A program made the position numbers and the translations under genes. Positions 1 to 12,045 of a stretch of DNA of 36,076 nucleotides are shown here, piece after piece. Origin of the DNA: Chiloscyllium plagiosum (lineage: Eukaryota). Numbering within the stretch: the first letter of the stretch is position 1; the number at the start of each line of letters is the position of its first letter. The stretch spans positions 24,244,279-24,280,354 of the forward strand of contig NC_057719.1 in NCBI RefSeq assembly GCF_004010195.1, read 5' to 3'. The notes under the pieces are model-generated. The model saw only the letters and a list, made by a program, of their open reading frames with translations. It was not told where the DNA came from and did no database searches.

Positions 1-85
1 TGAAAAAGGGCTTATGCCCAAACTGTCGGCACTCCTGCTTCTTGGATGCTGCCTGACCTGCTGTGCTTTTCCAGCGCCACACATT
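1..85 (+). mobile_element. Penelope-like element terminal-repeat fragment
   Basis: AGGGCTTATGCCC...CTTGGATGCTGCCTGACCTGCTGTGCTTTTCCAGC is shared with copies at 25832-25920, ~22990-23080 (-) and ~6780-6860. Confidence 0.75.
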
Positions 86-830
86 TTGACAAACATTGAT
101 AGTAAAGTAAGTTGTGTAGAGAATACTAGGAGGCTACAAAGATATATGTTAATTGAATGGCCAAGGTTGTGCCAAATGAACTATGACTTGGGAAAGGTGA
201 AGTTTTCCATCGCAATAGATATAATATGCTTTTTTAAATTTTCTCAGTGGTGAGAGATTGTAAAACTCTGAGGTGCAGAAGGATCTTAGTGTTCTTGCAC
301 TGGAATCACAAAAAGTGACAGCAAGTAATTGAGAAGGAGAAAAACATCAGTAATCAAAAGGGAAATTGAATACAAAAGTAGAGCTTATGCTTCAGTTATA
401 CAGGGCAGGATTGAAGCTTCATCTGGAATATTGTGCACAGTGTTTGTCTCCATTTTAACAAAGGATGTATGCATTGGAGACAGTTCAGAGCAGGTTTACT
501 AGACAAATCCCCTCAACTGGCAGGGTGTCTTATGAGGGAAGTTTGGATAGGCCAAACCTGTATCCACTGACGTTCAGAAGAACAGGCAACATGATCAAAA
601 TATCCTGAGATGTCTTGACAAAGTTCCACCATAGTTGGTACTTTATGCTGCTTAGAGTTATAACTGGTGCAAGGGGAGTTGGTAGTGTCCTAGGTCTAAT
701 CATCAGCTGCTTCATCAAAAACCTTCCCTCTGTCATAGGGTCCAATTTCCACAATACTTTTTGTTTAAATAGGAAATTAGTTAATTTGTGGAATTTAATA
801 AGTAGATTTCTGTTCGAGCCCTATGCAGAT
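86..830 (+). mobile_element. Degraded CR1-clade LINE 3' fragment
   Basis: Remnants of the CR1 RT C-terminal region (CTGGAATATTGTGCACAG, ACAGTTCAGAGCAGGTTTACTAG, TATGAGGGAAGTTTGGATAGG), similar to other CR1 copies in the window. Boundaries are approximate. Confidence 0.7.
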
Positions 831-977
831 AGAAAGTAGGTGAAGACTGACCAGAATCTCTTGGAAAGGTTGTCCCAGTATGGTCTGTTCTTTACCCATT
901 TCTTCCTCAAATTTTAATTCTTAAAAATGGAACTACTGAATTCATTAATATCTCATTCTAAATCTGTACCTTTACAG

Positions 978-1131
978 GGATCAGAACTGCAATAATTGTT
1001 GGCGGAATGGCTGCTCAGAAGCAGGCAAGGATTTTGAATGGCAGACCAGAAATTGTGATTGCAACGCCAGGGAGATTATGGGAACTGATAAAGGAGAGAC
1101 ACTCACATCTCTCTCATTTGAAACAGCTCCG
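978..1131 (+). CDS. DDX24: DDX24 internal coding exon (motif Ib region)
   Basis: tttacag| acceptor and |gtgag donor. Translates (G)IRTAIIVGGMAAQKQARILNGRPEIVIATPGRLWELIKERHSHLSHLKQL(R), containing the GG doublet and TPGR motif and matching vertebrate DDX24. Upstream exons lie outside the window. Confidence 0.95.
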
Positions 1132-1234
1132 GTGAGCCAGAATTAATTTGAATGCATTGCAGTGGTGATGAGTAGTACCGTTGAATTTTTTGCATTACCT
1201 GGGGAGGAAAGAAAATACTGGCCTTAGCATAAGG

Positions 1235-1345
1235 TCTTAGAAAATCAAAGCTCCCTTGGTACTATGTCAAAATGTCAGCCGATATTATTGTGATGTCCTC
1301 AAGGGAGCTTGATCCCAAATTCATCTGTTTCAAAGGTGAAGGCTT
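1235..1345 (-). mobile_element. Highly degenerate tRNA-derived SINE head
   Basis: The minus strand has a B-box-like GGATCAAGCTCCC followed by ...AATATCGGCTGACA...GTACCAAGGGAG, resembling the DeuSINE-type head of shark SINEs. Confidence 0.35.
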
Positions 1346-2101
1346 TAGTTTCAGAATTTGAAGTTTTGATCTGAAAACAGACTTGATTTATACACAGGTG
1401 AGGCTATTGTTGCAACATTTGCTGAAATCAAAACACAGTAAAGGAGAAGAGAAAGACCTTTACCTCGTTGCCCTAATCCTTCTGCAGTTTTTTTGTAGTG
1501 ATCAGAATATTTGCAAGCCATGCTAAGTCACTTCAGAGGGCAAATAAGAGGCAACTCCTGATAAGAATTGCTAGTTCCTGTTCTAAAATATATTGATGAA
1601 GCAGTTAGATATTTGTAACAAGACAAGCTTTGTCTCCCCATTTCCAAATTATTTTTAACTAAGTTCAAGGTCTTAAAATTAACAAAGTGGCATCTCACAT
1701 TCAAGATCTCTGGATTATTTGTCCAGTAATATATACTATTCAAGCATTTGACATCGTTTTCTGAGTTCTGCTTTGAATGGAGTATGTATCTTAGTTTGTA
1801 TGAATATCTGTTTCTGACCAAATTAAAGTCAATATTGTTTTTATAATGCTTAGATATTTTTAGCAACTACTTAAATGAGAAAAAAAATCCCCGATAGCTG
1901 ATGTTTACCTTCAACATTGCTACATCGATAGGTGCATGCTGGATTTGAATTAAGAATGTGATACAATAGATCCAGTTTACAATATTATAAAAGCAGATGA
2001 TTGTCTTTCCATTAGTGATACTTCAATGTAAATGATCAATCATGTGCACAGTACACTGCTGATCTTCAAATTCTGAATAACTTATTATCCAATTAACTTA
2101 G

Positions 2102-2617
2102 GTGCCTGGTTATTGATGAAGCAGATCGCATGGTTGAAAAGGGACATTTCGCAGAATTGTGTCAGCTATTGGAAATGCTGCAAGACAAGGAATACCATCC
2201 AAAAAGAAGAATCTTCATATTTTCTGCAACTTTAACCATGGCTCATCCGGCTCCTGCAAGAATACTGGGAAAGAAGAATGTCAAAACAATAAATACAGAA
2301 ACAAAATTAGAAGCCCTGATTCAAAAAGTAGGCATCAAAAGAAAACCAAAAATAATAGATTTATCCAGGAAGGAGGGTACAGTTGAGACTCTCACTGAAA
2401 CTAGGATCCACTGTGAAATAGAAGAAAAAGATGTCTACCTATATTATTTCCTGCTTCAGTATCCAGGCCGAACAATGGTCTTTGCAAATAGCATAGATTG
2501 TATCAAACGTCTGAACTCATTGCTCACTATCCTAGAATGTAATCCACTGCCACTGCATGCAAATATGCATCAGAAACAGAGGTTGAAGAATTTAGAAAGG
2601 TTTTCTGAAAGAGAGAG
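2102..2617 (+). CDS. DDX24: DDX24 coding exon with DEAD (motif II), SAT (motif III) and motif IV
   Basis: ttag| acceptor and |gtaag donor. Translates CLVIDEADRMVEKGHFAEL...IFIFSATLT...YPGRTMVFANSIDCIKRL...LHANMHQKQRLKNLERF. Phase fits both neighbouring exons. Confidence 0.97.
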
Positions 2618-3149
2618 GTAAGTTTCTAAATCTAAGAAAAAGTAAACTGAATGAACCTCCCAGAACTGTTAAATTTTCTTGGGAGTTGTGTTAGCAGTTT
2701 ATAAATGCTGTTTACTATTGAAATGTTGACTGCTTGGAGGGAATTTCTATACATGCATCTGGATAGCTGTTTGCAAAGTAGTTTCCTGGCAGTGGAGAAT
2801 TACATTTGGGGCTAAACCATATGGACATGATAGTGACTAACCAAATTTGTACTGGATAATGGCCATGGAATAGTCAAAATGGTCAGGTCATAAAAAGGAA
2901 ATAAATTGCGTGTGACAATAACGTACATTGTTTCTCAATAAGTTTCACATTTTCATTTTGGGATTTAATTAGAGCAAATTTAATAGTGAATTTGAATCCA
3001 GTAAGTGTAAATTTTATGTTGGGGAATATCAAAAAGGAACCTGTTTTTGGCTGGTTGAAAGGTAATGCTTTTGTTGCAAAACTTGTTGTGGAAACTTTGA
3101 CGTTCAGTCCAGATGTTTTCATTAGCTTGTCTTTCTTATTATATTTCAG

Positions 3150-3225
3150 TTGTGTTTTATTAACCACTGATGTTGCAGCTCGAGGTCTGGATATTCCAAA
3201 TGTACAGCATGTTATTCATTATCAG
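3150..3225 (+). CDS. DDX24: DDX24 coding exon (motif V)
   Basis: tttcag| acceptor and |gtgag donor. Translates CVLLTTDVAARGLDIPNVQHVIHYQ. Confidence 0.96.
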
Positions 3226-3485
3226 GTGAGACTGAAAGTGAAATCTGAATGCTTGCTTGGATTTCGTTTGGAATTATCTATGGTTATGAACATTTATAAA
3301 TAAATCATATGGTGAATAATACCAAATTGCAATAAGTTTGACAATTGTATCAAAGTTCCTCCTTGTTGTTTTAACGGTAACTAAGATAAAATACAAGTAT
3401 GACTTTGGTACACCAAGTAACAGACATGATTCAAATCCAAAATCAATTTTATCCTAATTTAAGATTAATATGCCTTTTTTAATAG

Positions 3486-3674
3486 GTTCCTCGCACCAGT
3501 GAAATATATGTCCACAGGAGTGGGAGAACAGCTCGAGCCACAAAAGCAGGTCTCGCATTGATGTTAGTTGGGCCAAATGATATGATTCACTATAAAAAGA
3601 TTTGCAAGACATTGGGCAAAGATGAAAATATTCCTCTGTTTCCAGTACAAGCTAAATGTATGTCTGAAATAAAG
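3486..3674 (+). CDS. DDX24: DDX24 coding exon (motif VI)
   Basis: tttttttaatag| acceptor and |gtaaat donor. Translates VPRTSEIYVHRSGRTARATKAGLALMLVGPND...MSEIK, with the HRSGRTAR motif. Confidence 0.96.
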
Positions 3675-5864
3675 GTAAATATCAAGACAGCATCTTTTTT
3701 CCAGTTTCCTATATCAGATTTGACTCCTTATCAGCTTTTAGAAAATTAACCTTGTCATGGAAAATATGCTGACCAGTGCTTTTGGTATTAATGTTTTGAA
3801 AAACAAATTGATTTACTTAATTGACATTTGGGTAAACGTCTAAAGTAAATTTAAAGTAAAAGTAAGTTTTGCTTTAGTTAGTGGGACAATGGTGGTGGCT
3901 AATTATATTTGGAGACTTAATTTTATTAAATAATCCTGTAACTTTTACTGTTCCAACTATAATAAAGTCCAATTTAGAACATTTCGGAAGTAAACAAACA
4001 TTTTGATTGGAATGTAAATTTTGGTCATTGTAAAACAAAAGCTACTCTACAGTAGTGTCAATCCAAGTAATGGTTTGGAAAGAGATTTGATTTATTGCAG
4101 TTGAATCAGTGTTCCATAAACTCACTTGGATTTGATGTTAAAATTTTCTAACTTCAAGCTAGCAGGGTACGGGACTTGAAGGTCCTGTTGCTTAATGAAT
4201 AATATGGATAGCATTCCCTCTCTGGTCTCTGACTTCTCCCAGGTTCATGTGAACACCTCAAAAGTCCCAACCCCATCTGAGTTGAAAATATTTCACTGTT
4301 GCATCGTCACTGGATCAAAATCTTGGAGCTTCTTGCCCATCAACTCTGTAGAAATTGTAACCACACAACTGAACCCAATCAAGACGGTTCATCAACACAT
4401 TAATCCAAAATATTAACTGCCAAAACTGTTAAAATATAATCAAATCCACTGTGTTGATCTGAATTAAACCTAATGTCATGCATGCTCTCCTTCAGGATTA
4501 AATTATACCTATACTGTGAAGAGTTAAGGTAAAAACATCAAATAGCAAAAACACGCCCCTATAATTTGAGACAAACTGTAATTTGGGGGTGGCTACTGTA
4601 AAAGGAGAGTGTTAGACACGCGGAGGTTGAAGTAATCACAGTCCCTGCTGCTGGCGAACTCAGCAACGCCTACCCAAGTCCTCAAATAGCACTTGCTCTC
4701 TAAATAAATGTGGTATCAAAAGTATTAATACTAATTTTTTAAAATACAACTGGTAATTGCAGCTAAGTAAATTTGGGATGAATATTGTGATGTAAAGTTT
4801 TGGTTTACCTCATGTTGTTTCAAAGAATAGAATTTATTCTTATTTAGATTCATTATATACCATCCATAGCATCTGAGGCAATAGTGCCTTAATTCCTAAT
4901 TAGTTGTATTTAAATAGTGAAGAATGGCAAAAACTCTCTTGTGATGATGGATCTCCATATTTTGTACTGATTTAGAATTAAGTATTACCTAGCACATTCC
5001 TCCAAGCCAAACTTTAGTTTTTGTTCATAAAACATTTTTAGCTAACACAAATGGCCTTCAAAAGGTGGTATGAACCACGTGCCTAAACAGTTGCAATCTG
5101 GGTAGTGAATGTACTTTCACTGTCTCATCTAGAATGGAAGTTTAGTGATTTTGATATTGAGGTGAGTGTAGCATGCAGTTTGGAATGAATTTTACAGGTG
5201 GTGGTGTTGTTGTCAACGCATCCTTTGCATGGGTTTAGGATATTTTTTAAAGGAACATTTTTTAAATAGTACACACAGGTACTTGTCCCAAAACCAGTGA
5301 AATTAAGCAGACTTCTTTATATATGGCGGTATCTTGAGCATTGTTTTAAATAAAACTGGTAATTGCAGCTAAGTACATTTGGGATGAATATTAGGAAGTG
5401 AATTTTTGGTTTATCGTATTTGTGTAAATAAATTGGGAGTATTTCTTCCCATTCTTGATTTGTGCCTTTATAGATAAATGGTAGAAAGGCTTTGGGAAGA
5501 TTGTGCCACTTGATGAAAAATTCTCAACCTTCAAAATATTCATAAATACTTAACTCTAAACAGTTCAATGGATCTGAACAGGAGATAATGAAAATAGCTC
5601 TTCTATAGTTAAGAGGCTGGTCTTTTTTGTCTGTCTTAGCTCATTATTGGGTTGGGTGAAAATCAGTTTTTACATTGATTAGGAGATTGAAAAAGTTTTT
5701 TAAATTATTTAACTATGACATTTACTCCAGTTCATAAAATCAGTCTCAATTGTTATTGTAAAATTTAATATTAAGGCTTCAGTAAAAACTTATTGTGCAC
5801 TATTAATTTAGTGACCAGTTGGAAAAACAAGGCAGAATAAAACCACTCCTTTACCTATTCACAG

Positions 5865-5994
5865 ACCCGTGTTAATATAGCAAGAAGTATAGAAAAGATG
5901 GAATACCAGCACAACAAAGCACAGCAACATAACAGTTGGTTTCAGCAAGCTGCTGAAGCTCTTGAAGTTGATTTGGAGGATGATGTCCTCATGG
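5865..5994 (+). CDS. DDX24: DDX24 penultimate coding exon
   Basis: ttcacag| acceptor and |gtaagt donor. Translates TRVNIARSIEKMEYQHNKAQQHNSWFQQAAEALEVDLEDDVLM, resembling the DDX24 C-terminal HNSW..QAA.ALE segment. Too short for the ORF track. Confidence 0.93.
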
Positions 5995-6262
5995 GTAAGT
6001 ATTTACAAACAGTTTAATACTTTGGCCCAAAATTTGTATTAACAATAGTCACGGTATAGATAATCTGGTAAAAGATGCATATGAACAGACAGTAACAAAT
6101 TGGATCTTAGCGGTGCATTATCTCCTTGCCAAGCAGTATTGTACGCTTTCTAGATTATTAGGTTAACATTGAACCAGTTAATTATTTAGGGAAACCAATC
6201 ATTTCACAGCCCCTCATCATTGTTATTTTTACCTCCTTCCCATTTCAAGCAGTTTGATCAAG

Positions 6263-6865
6263 TTATTGATGTCTGTTGCTCTTGATGTGGTCTCTTCTAC
6301 ATCGGGGAGACAGGACGCCAACTCCAGAGAGTTTCCGGGAACATCTCTGGGTTACACACACCAAACAACCCCACTGTCCTGTGGCTGACCACTTCACTGC
6401 CCCTCCCACTCCACCAAGGACATGCAAGCCCTGGGCCGTCTCCACTGTCTAATCTATGCCACCTGACAACTGGAGGAAGAACGCCTCATCTTCCTCCTTG
6501 GGACCCTTCAACCACACAGCATCAACAATCGACTTCACTAGTTTGTGCATCTTACCTCTTCCCCTCAACCCCAACCACGACCACCACCACCACCACCTCA
6601 TCTCAGATCCAACCCTCCAACTCGGCACTGCCCTCTTGACATCTTCCTTCCCACCTATCCACTCTGCCCTATTATCCCCCCACACCTACATCTACCTATC
6701 GCTTTCCCAGCTATCTTCCCCCACTCCACTTCCACCCTCCTATTTATTCCACCCTTTTCACCCCCTACCCCCAACATTCATGACGAATGGTTTACACCCA
6801 AAACATCAGCTTTCCTTCTCCTCAAACGCTGCCTGACCCGATCTGCTTTTCCAGTATCACACTGG
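6263..6865 (+). mobile_element. Penelope-like element 3' fragment (GIY-YIG endonuclease remnant and terminal repeat) in a DDX24 intron
   Basis: Interrupted translation C.S*CGLFYIGETGRQL..FREHLW...PVADHF...KDMQALG...LEEERLIFLLGTLQPHSIN, then a C-rich tract and the terminal repeat. Confidence 0.85.
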
Positions 6866-6972
6866 AAAATAATTCAAATGTATTGATACAATTAAGAGCC
6901 CAATAATAGGCTCGAACTATGAACATCAAAGAACATATTTAACAGACATTGACACTGTGTACTTGATTTTAG

Positions 6973-7211
6973 ATGGAGGCTGTAACACTGATGAAAGGCA
7001 AAGGCAAAGGATGCTAAAAGCAATGAAGAAACAGCTGAAATATTTGCTTTTGCAACCAGTGTTTAAGAACTACCTGAAGACTAAGTACCCAACACAATTT
7101 GGTAGGCTAACATTGCCTAAGTTACCACTAGCCAGCCAAGAAACTGCTTTAAGCACTGTCAAAAAGCATAAAAATGCAAAAAAGCGTAAGTTGTGTGAAC
7201 AAATACAATGA
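6973..7211 (+). CDS. DDX24: DDX24 terminal coding exon
   Basis: gattttag| acceptor, phase 1 matching the previous exon. Translates (D)GGCNTDERQRQRMLKAMKKQLKYLLLQPVF...KTKYPTQFG...KKRKLCEQIQ*, with TGA at 7209-7211. Confidence 0.92.
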
Positions 7212-7282
7212 AAGAAGTATTCTTTTGTTAAAATAATTGATGCAACAAGCTCATTCCAGTGTATAATTCAGTGGCTATGCCT

Positions 7283-7288
7283 TTTATT
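7283..7288 (-). promoter_or_regulatory. Candidate OTUB2 poly(A) signal AATAAA
   Basis: TTTATT on + strand. It is the first canonical minus-strand AATAAA I found by eye downstream of the OTUB2 stop (~1.2 kb 3'UTR). Confidence 0.55.
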
Positions 7289-7294
7289 GCATTT

Positions 7295-7300
7295 AATAAA
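7295..7300 (+). promoter_or_regulatory. Candidate DDX24 poly(A) signal AATAAA
   Basis: First AATAAA after the DDX24 stop, ~85 nt downstream. Further + strand AATAAA hexamers occur later (~7404, ~7568). Confidence 0.6.
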
Positions 7301-8489
7301 AACCCAGAACTTGTACAGTACTATTGTCTTCAATATGAAGATTCAAAATCTTAATCAATTGGATCCTCAAAGCACAGAGGATACAAATCTTAAAGCATTG
7401 CAAATAAACAGCATGTCCAGAATGTGCAAGGCAGGTCTCTAAGAATTCTGATTACTAAACAAAGCAAGGCTAAACCAGTCTGAGTCACTCTCGGAACAAG
7501 TCGTCAATAAGATACCACATTTCATCCTACAGAAAATAGCATCTCCTACAACTGAAAGATTGTTAACAATAAATACTACTTGAAATGCAAGAGCAGCAGA
7601 AGAGATTTAGAAATGTTCATGAGCTTTACTTAAAAATACTTGGTAGTATAGAACTTAAAACATTATTAAAAGATAAAAAGCTTCTGTGTTTCACAGTGCT
7701 GATGAGTACAATCCAAAAGTGTGAACTGTTTCAGATGGTAAAGTGCTTATGTGGGAGAATTTGGTCCTACTATAACCATTTACTTTCCAAACATGTATTA
7801 ACTGAGAATACAAGCCATTGTGATAGTTATGAATATATACTTATGTAGAAAGTCACTTTTCACTATAGTTGTACCATTACATGTAATGCTTCCAATCCTT
7901 GCATTTCAATTTAGATATGATTGTTATTTGCAGATCAAAATCCATATTACTGCATGTGCTTATTCTGCGTAAAGAATCAAATGTTTTATCTGCTACAAGA
8001 GTGCTTGCATTGATTTTTTACCTACAATAAAGTCTACTTAATTACTAGATAGAAAATAAAGTCGTGGTAACATTAAAATTTTGGACTAGTAAAGATTCAA
8101 GTCTCACCTGTCTTTGTAAGGAGGATTTTTTTTTGTTCTGAAGGATAAGTCTCTATCCATGAATACTGTTTCAGTGTAGATCAAAAAATAAATCAAATGG
8201 CACACAGAAATGGTTATTGAAAGGAAAAAGGAGAAAAAGCCACTATCAGAATGGATTATTTGCTATATTGAAAGATACAGATATTTATACACAGTAGAAT
8301 ACAACCATGCTTTATAATTATGACAACAATACTAAATTAACTCTTTCATGAGGAATGTACATTCATTTTGTATTGTGCAGAAAGGTGGTTTAAAGATTGT
8401 GATCATAAATTTATCAAAAATTAGTTCCTCTTCCCTCATCCCTGTTCCAAGCACTATAACTGTTTTGATATCACAAGGCAAGCTGAAGA

Positions 8490-8699
8490 CTATTTTGGTT
8501 TATTTGCTTTATAAAGTATGTCATAATGGCCTGGTTTGTAAAGTAGGTAAACTGAAGGTTTTGCTCCTTCAGGAAAGACATGATGATTAACTTCAGTGTC
8601 CGTTTTGTCCATATATTCCACTTGGATTGGTAAACTCAGTGCTTGCGTCAGCGCGGTGATATGAATGTGATCACTCTCTATAGCCATTGGTTCCACTTC
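8490..8699 (-). CDS. OTUB2: OTUB2 exon 6 (terminal, catalytic His loop)
   Basis: tattgtag| acceptor. Translates EVEPMAIESDHIHITALTQALSLPIQVEYMD...NHHVFPEGAKPSVYLLYKPGHYDILYKANKPK*, with TAG at 8492-8490. Confidence 0.95.
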   Translation of the reverse strand, partial: EVEPMAIESDHIHITALTQALSLPIQVEYMDKTDTEVNHHVFPEGAKPSVYLLYKPGHYDILYKANKPK

Positions 8700-9065
8700 C
8701 TACAATAGGGAAACTTGGCATTAGTAATTTTATACAATGGAAATGAAAGTTCTGTTTCTGCTAGACTTCAAGATGTGAAACATTGAAATTAACTACTCCA
8801 CCCAGCAATGTCCAAAGTCAGTCCTTTTTTAGTCAGAGACCCAGCAATGTGTGTCATCTGACTAAGTATTTTTGCACAGAAATCTCAGCATAATCATTTC
8901 TATGCAGGAATCAGAATTTACAAAAGAAATCAGCTGGCAATCATCAAAGAGAAAGAAGGAAAGCTATTATGTAGATTAAAGGTTAGAACTGGACAAATTA
9001 TCAAGAGAAAGAAAAGAGATTTCCATTCTATTCCTCATTATCCATCTTCCAAATTTGGAAGTTGG

Positions 9066-9250
9066 AATACATTCTCCCTATATCTGTGTGGGTTTCCTTT
9101 GGGTGCCCAGAGATCTGCAGGCTAGGTCGATTGGCCATGGGAATTGCAGGGATACGGTAGGGGGTTGGGACAGGGTCGATGCTCTTCAGAGGGTCAGTGT
9201 GGACCTGATAGGCTGAATAGCCTGCTTCCACACTCTAGGGATTCTCTGAT
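9066..9250 (+). mobile_element. HE1-type SINE, internally deleted 3' part
   Basis: TGTGTGGGTTTCC...GATTGGCCATG...TTCAGAGGGTCAGTGTGGAC...GCCTGCTTCCACACT is the reverse complement of parts of the SINE at 21017-21322. Confidence 0.8.
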
Positions 9251-10455
9251 TTTTATATCTATATCAGGTACAGTATGAGTATCCAAAGTGTTTTCAGGAA
9301 ATCATCACCTCTAAACAGGTGATATATAAAAATAATTGCACGTGGCAACTTTGTCTGTCCATTTAAACTCCAGCAATGTTATTAGTGCATATAAGTTCTC
9401 AAACAGTGACTAGCTAATCTCTTTGGGAATATATGTTAAGGAAGAAACATTAAGCCCTAGGAGAATTCTTCAAATAATACCAAAGATCTTTAGGATCTCT
9501 ATAAGAATGAGGAAAACTCATATCAAGCCCATTCTTGGGATTACTGTGCAAATCATGCTTCACAAACCATCCCTGACAACTCGTGAGCAAAACGAAAAGT
9601 TATTTGTCAATTTCAAAGATGACATTGTGAAAAATCCTCTCCACTCACTAAAGCAAGATCCAGGACACGAGTTATTTTTGTCACTTGGCAGATGTGAAAC
9701 TTGTCTTTCTGACAATATATCTGAACTTGCTTATGAGTAGAATAGCACAATAAAGGGCTGGAAACAACCACCTCCTTCCAATTAGCTGGTCCTAAAATAT
9801 AATATTTCTTTCCCACACTTCAAATCGCACTTCAAAGGTTTACCAACCACCTTAAAATCAGACATTCTCCCCTTTTACTGCGTGCCCAAGTAAGCTGAGT
9901 ATTGAAATGTTTAAAATTAGCCGTACCTAACTTTTATCAGAGTTTGGTTCAAAGTTCATTTTGATTATTAGTGTTTTACTTGAAAATAAGTAAATCCTAA
10001 ATAAGACTACACATTTGGCCAGTATAAAAAGCATAAGTGCTGAAATCATTTATCATCTACCTTAGCTTCATGACATTTTTTCCAAAAATATCATGCTCTT
10101 CCATTGATTAATGGTTGTCCACTTCCCAACCTTTTCTCTTATTCCATCTTTTGATATACCTATGTGATAGTTTAATTGAAACCTAGTGACATCCAGGTAT
10201 CTATATGAAATTTTAATTCTACTTTCAACTAATTGAAAAGCCGAAGTAAGGTTAGTCTAACATTACATCCAAATGATGGCGTCTTTTCTTTGGTAGTGTA
10301 CTGAACTGATTAATCCACATTAAGAGTTCAATACTTTTACTTCCAATTCAGCTAAATGAGCTGTTTATTCAGCAAGAAACATTTTTCTGTCCTGAGATTT
10401 TAAAGGGAAATTAATGTTCGGTAGATTAATCAACATAACCAATTCTGGAACTTAC

Positions 10456-10650
10456 CTGAGTGCAGAAATCTTTAACACTTACACCTCCCTCAAGGAAAAG
10501 CTCAAAGAACTCAGACCGTTTCTGCAAGTATGCAGATGTTAGCAGTCGAAGATATTGTACTAGGTGATCTGAAACACCATGGTCGTTGAAAGCAGCAAGA
10601 AGTTTTGAAACCGAACCATCTGTTTCCACCAGGTCAATCATATCCATAAA
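10456..10650 (-). CDS. OTUB2: OTUB2 exon 5
   Basis: ttctag| acceptor and |gtaagt donor. Translates FMDMIDLVETDGSVSKLLAAFNDHGVSDHLVQYLRLLTSAYLQKRSEFFELFLEGGVSVKDFCTQ. Confidence 0.95.
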
Positions 10651-11033
10651 CTAGAATCAGAGAACCAAATAGTGTCAATGCTATCTGCATCAATGCATAT
10701 TTTTGTAAAAAGCAACTATAGAAGTTCCTTAGCAAAATTACAACAGAAAATGTAGATGACATATTTTGATCAATAAAAATATTTCTTAATTAAAGGCCAT
10801 AACACTCCAAAACAAATGCAAACTAAAGCCATACCAGTGGACTTCTATTTAAAACAATTAGATCTGTGACTAATAGCTTGCACTAGAGGAAAGAGTTGCA
10901 GTATCTCAAATTCTGAGTAAGGGTTTGAAATTAATCCCTTGTTAATTACTTTATGCCATTCAGTCAAAAAGCACAAGCAACAAAAGTTTCAAATTTGTCA
11001 TTTCCTTCAATTCTTCTTAAATGAAATACTCAC

Positions 11034-11118
11034 TGTGGTGAATGAATTTTCAAATCTGCTTTCAGCAAATCCAGCAGATGAAAGTTCTTCTCGACTTCGC
11101 ATTAAATTCTTTCTAAGT
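11034..11118 (-). CDS. OTUB2: OTUB2 exon 4
   Basis: ttcattttag| acceptor and |gtgagt donor, 85 nt. Translates LRKNLMRSREELSSAGFAESRFENSFTT. Phases match both neighbours. Confidence 0.9.
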
Positions 11119-11419
11119 CTAAAATGAAAGCAATTCAGATAAGTAGCGATTAGCATTTAAACTAATACCAGAAACATTATTGAGAGGATTTTCACTAATT
11201 CCTATTTGTCAGAAAATCATCACACCTGTTTTATTGTTGGCTATTAGTATCTTCACAATGTGTTTTTAAAAAAATCCCTACAAAATTCAAAATCTTTGAC
11301 TTTCAGTAACTTCTAAATTAACAGTGCTCTTCCTCGCCAATTTCTTGATAATTCTGTTGTAACATTTTGAAATAGTACAGCAAAACCCATTAAGAGTTGC
11401 CACATTGAGATGTTATAAT

Positions 11420-11745
11420 AACCAAAAATATTTAGATTGTGCCTTTACCATTATAAAATGCCCCACAGAGCCTCATGATGCTCTGACAAAATAAATCACA
11501 TAAGGAGAGATTAGATCAGATCATCAATAGCTTGATTAAAGAGGTGAGCTTTAATGAGTGTCTAACAGAACGACAGTAAAGCAGATGCAAACAAGTATGG
11601 AGTAGGATTCCAGAGCCAACGGCATTGGTTGCTGAAAGTACCAAGAAACAATTAAAATCTGAGGTGCATAAGTGGCCCAAACTAGCTGAGAACAGACATG
11701 AGGGTTGTGGTGCTGGAAGAGATTACAAAGACAGTGAGAATATAA
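11420..11745 (-). mobile_element. Old L2-like LINE 3' fragment
   Basis: AGCTTGATTAAAGAGGTGAGCTTTAA...GATTCCAGAGC...GGAAGAGATTACAAAGA resembles recalled elasmobranch L2-type tails. Degenerate. Confidence 0.45.
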
Positions 11746-12045
11746 AGGAATCTGCTCAGCTATTTTCTTTCTGCCTGATATTAGAATGCATTCACACCAT
11801 CTCTGTTGATTGTATAAATTAAGATTCAGTGTCTATAAGGGGAGGTGGCACTCATTAAAAATAACTTGTGCACATGACTGCCTGCTTATATCCATACTGG
11901 AGAAAACGCAATCACTAATGTACTCTACTTTTAAAAACACAAATCTGAACTTATTTGCATCACTACCTTGTGTCCATACAACTTTTCACTCAAACTATTT
12001 TACCATAATACAATATTATTAGCAATGACCATAAAATAAACTTAC

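Noticed and set aside
2986..3149. N-terminal extension of the ORF containing DDX24 motif V
   Set aside because: This is intronic read-through upstream of the clear acceptor at 3148-3149 and does not resemble DDX24.
4941..4970. Possible C/D box snoRNA (GTGATGA...CTGA) in a DDX24 intron
   Set aside because: The boxes are only ~20 nt apart. I found no suitable downstream D box or terminal stem.
6456..6886. His-rich and Pro-rich ORFs (HHHHH, PPPPP)
   Set aside because: They are translations of the C-rich tract and (CAC)n of a Penelope element's untranslated region.
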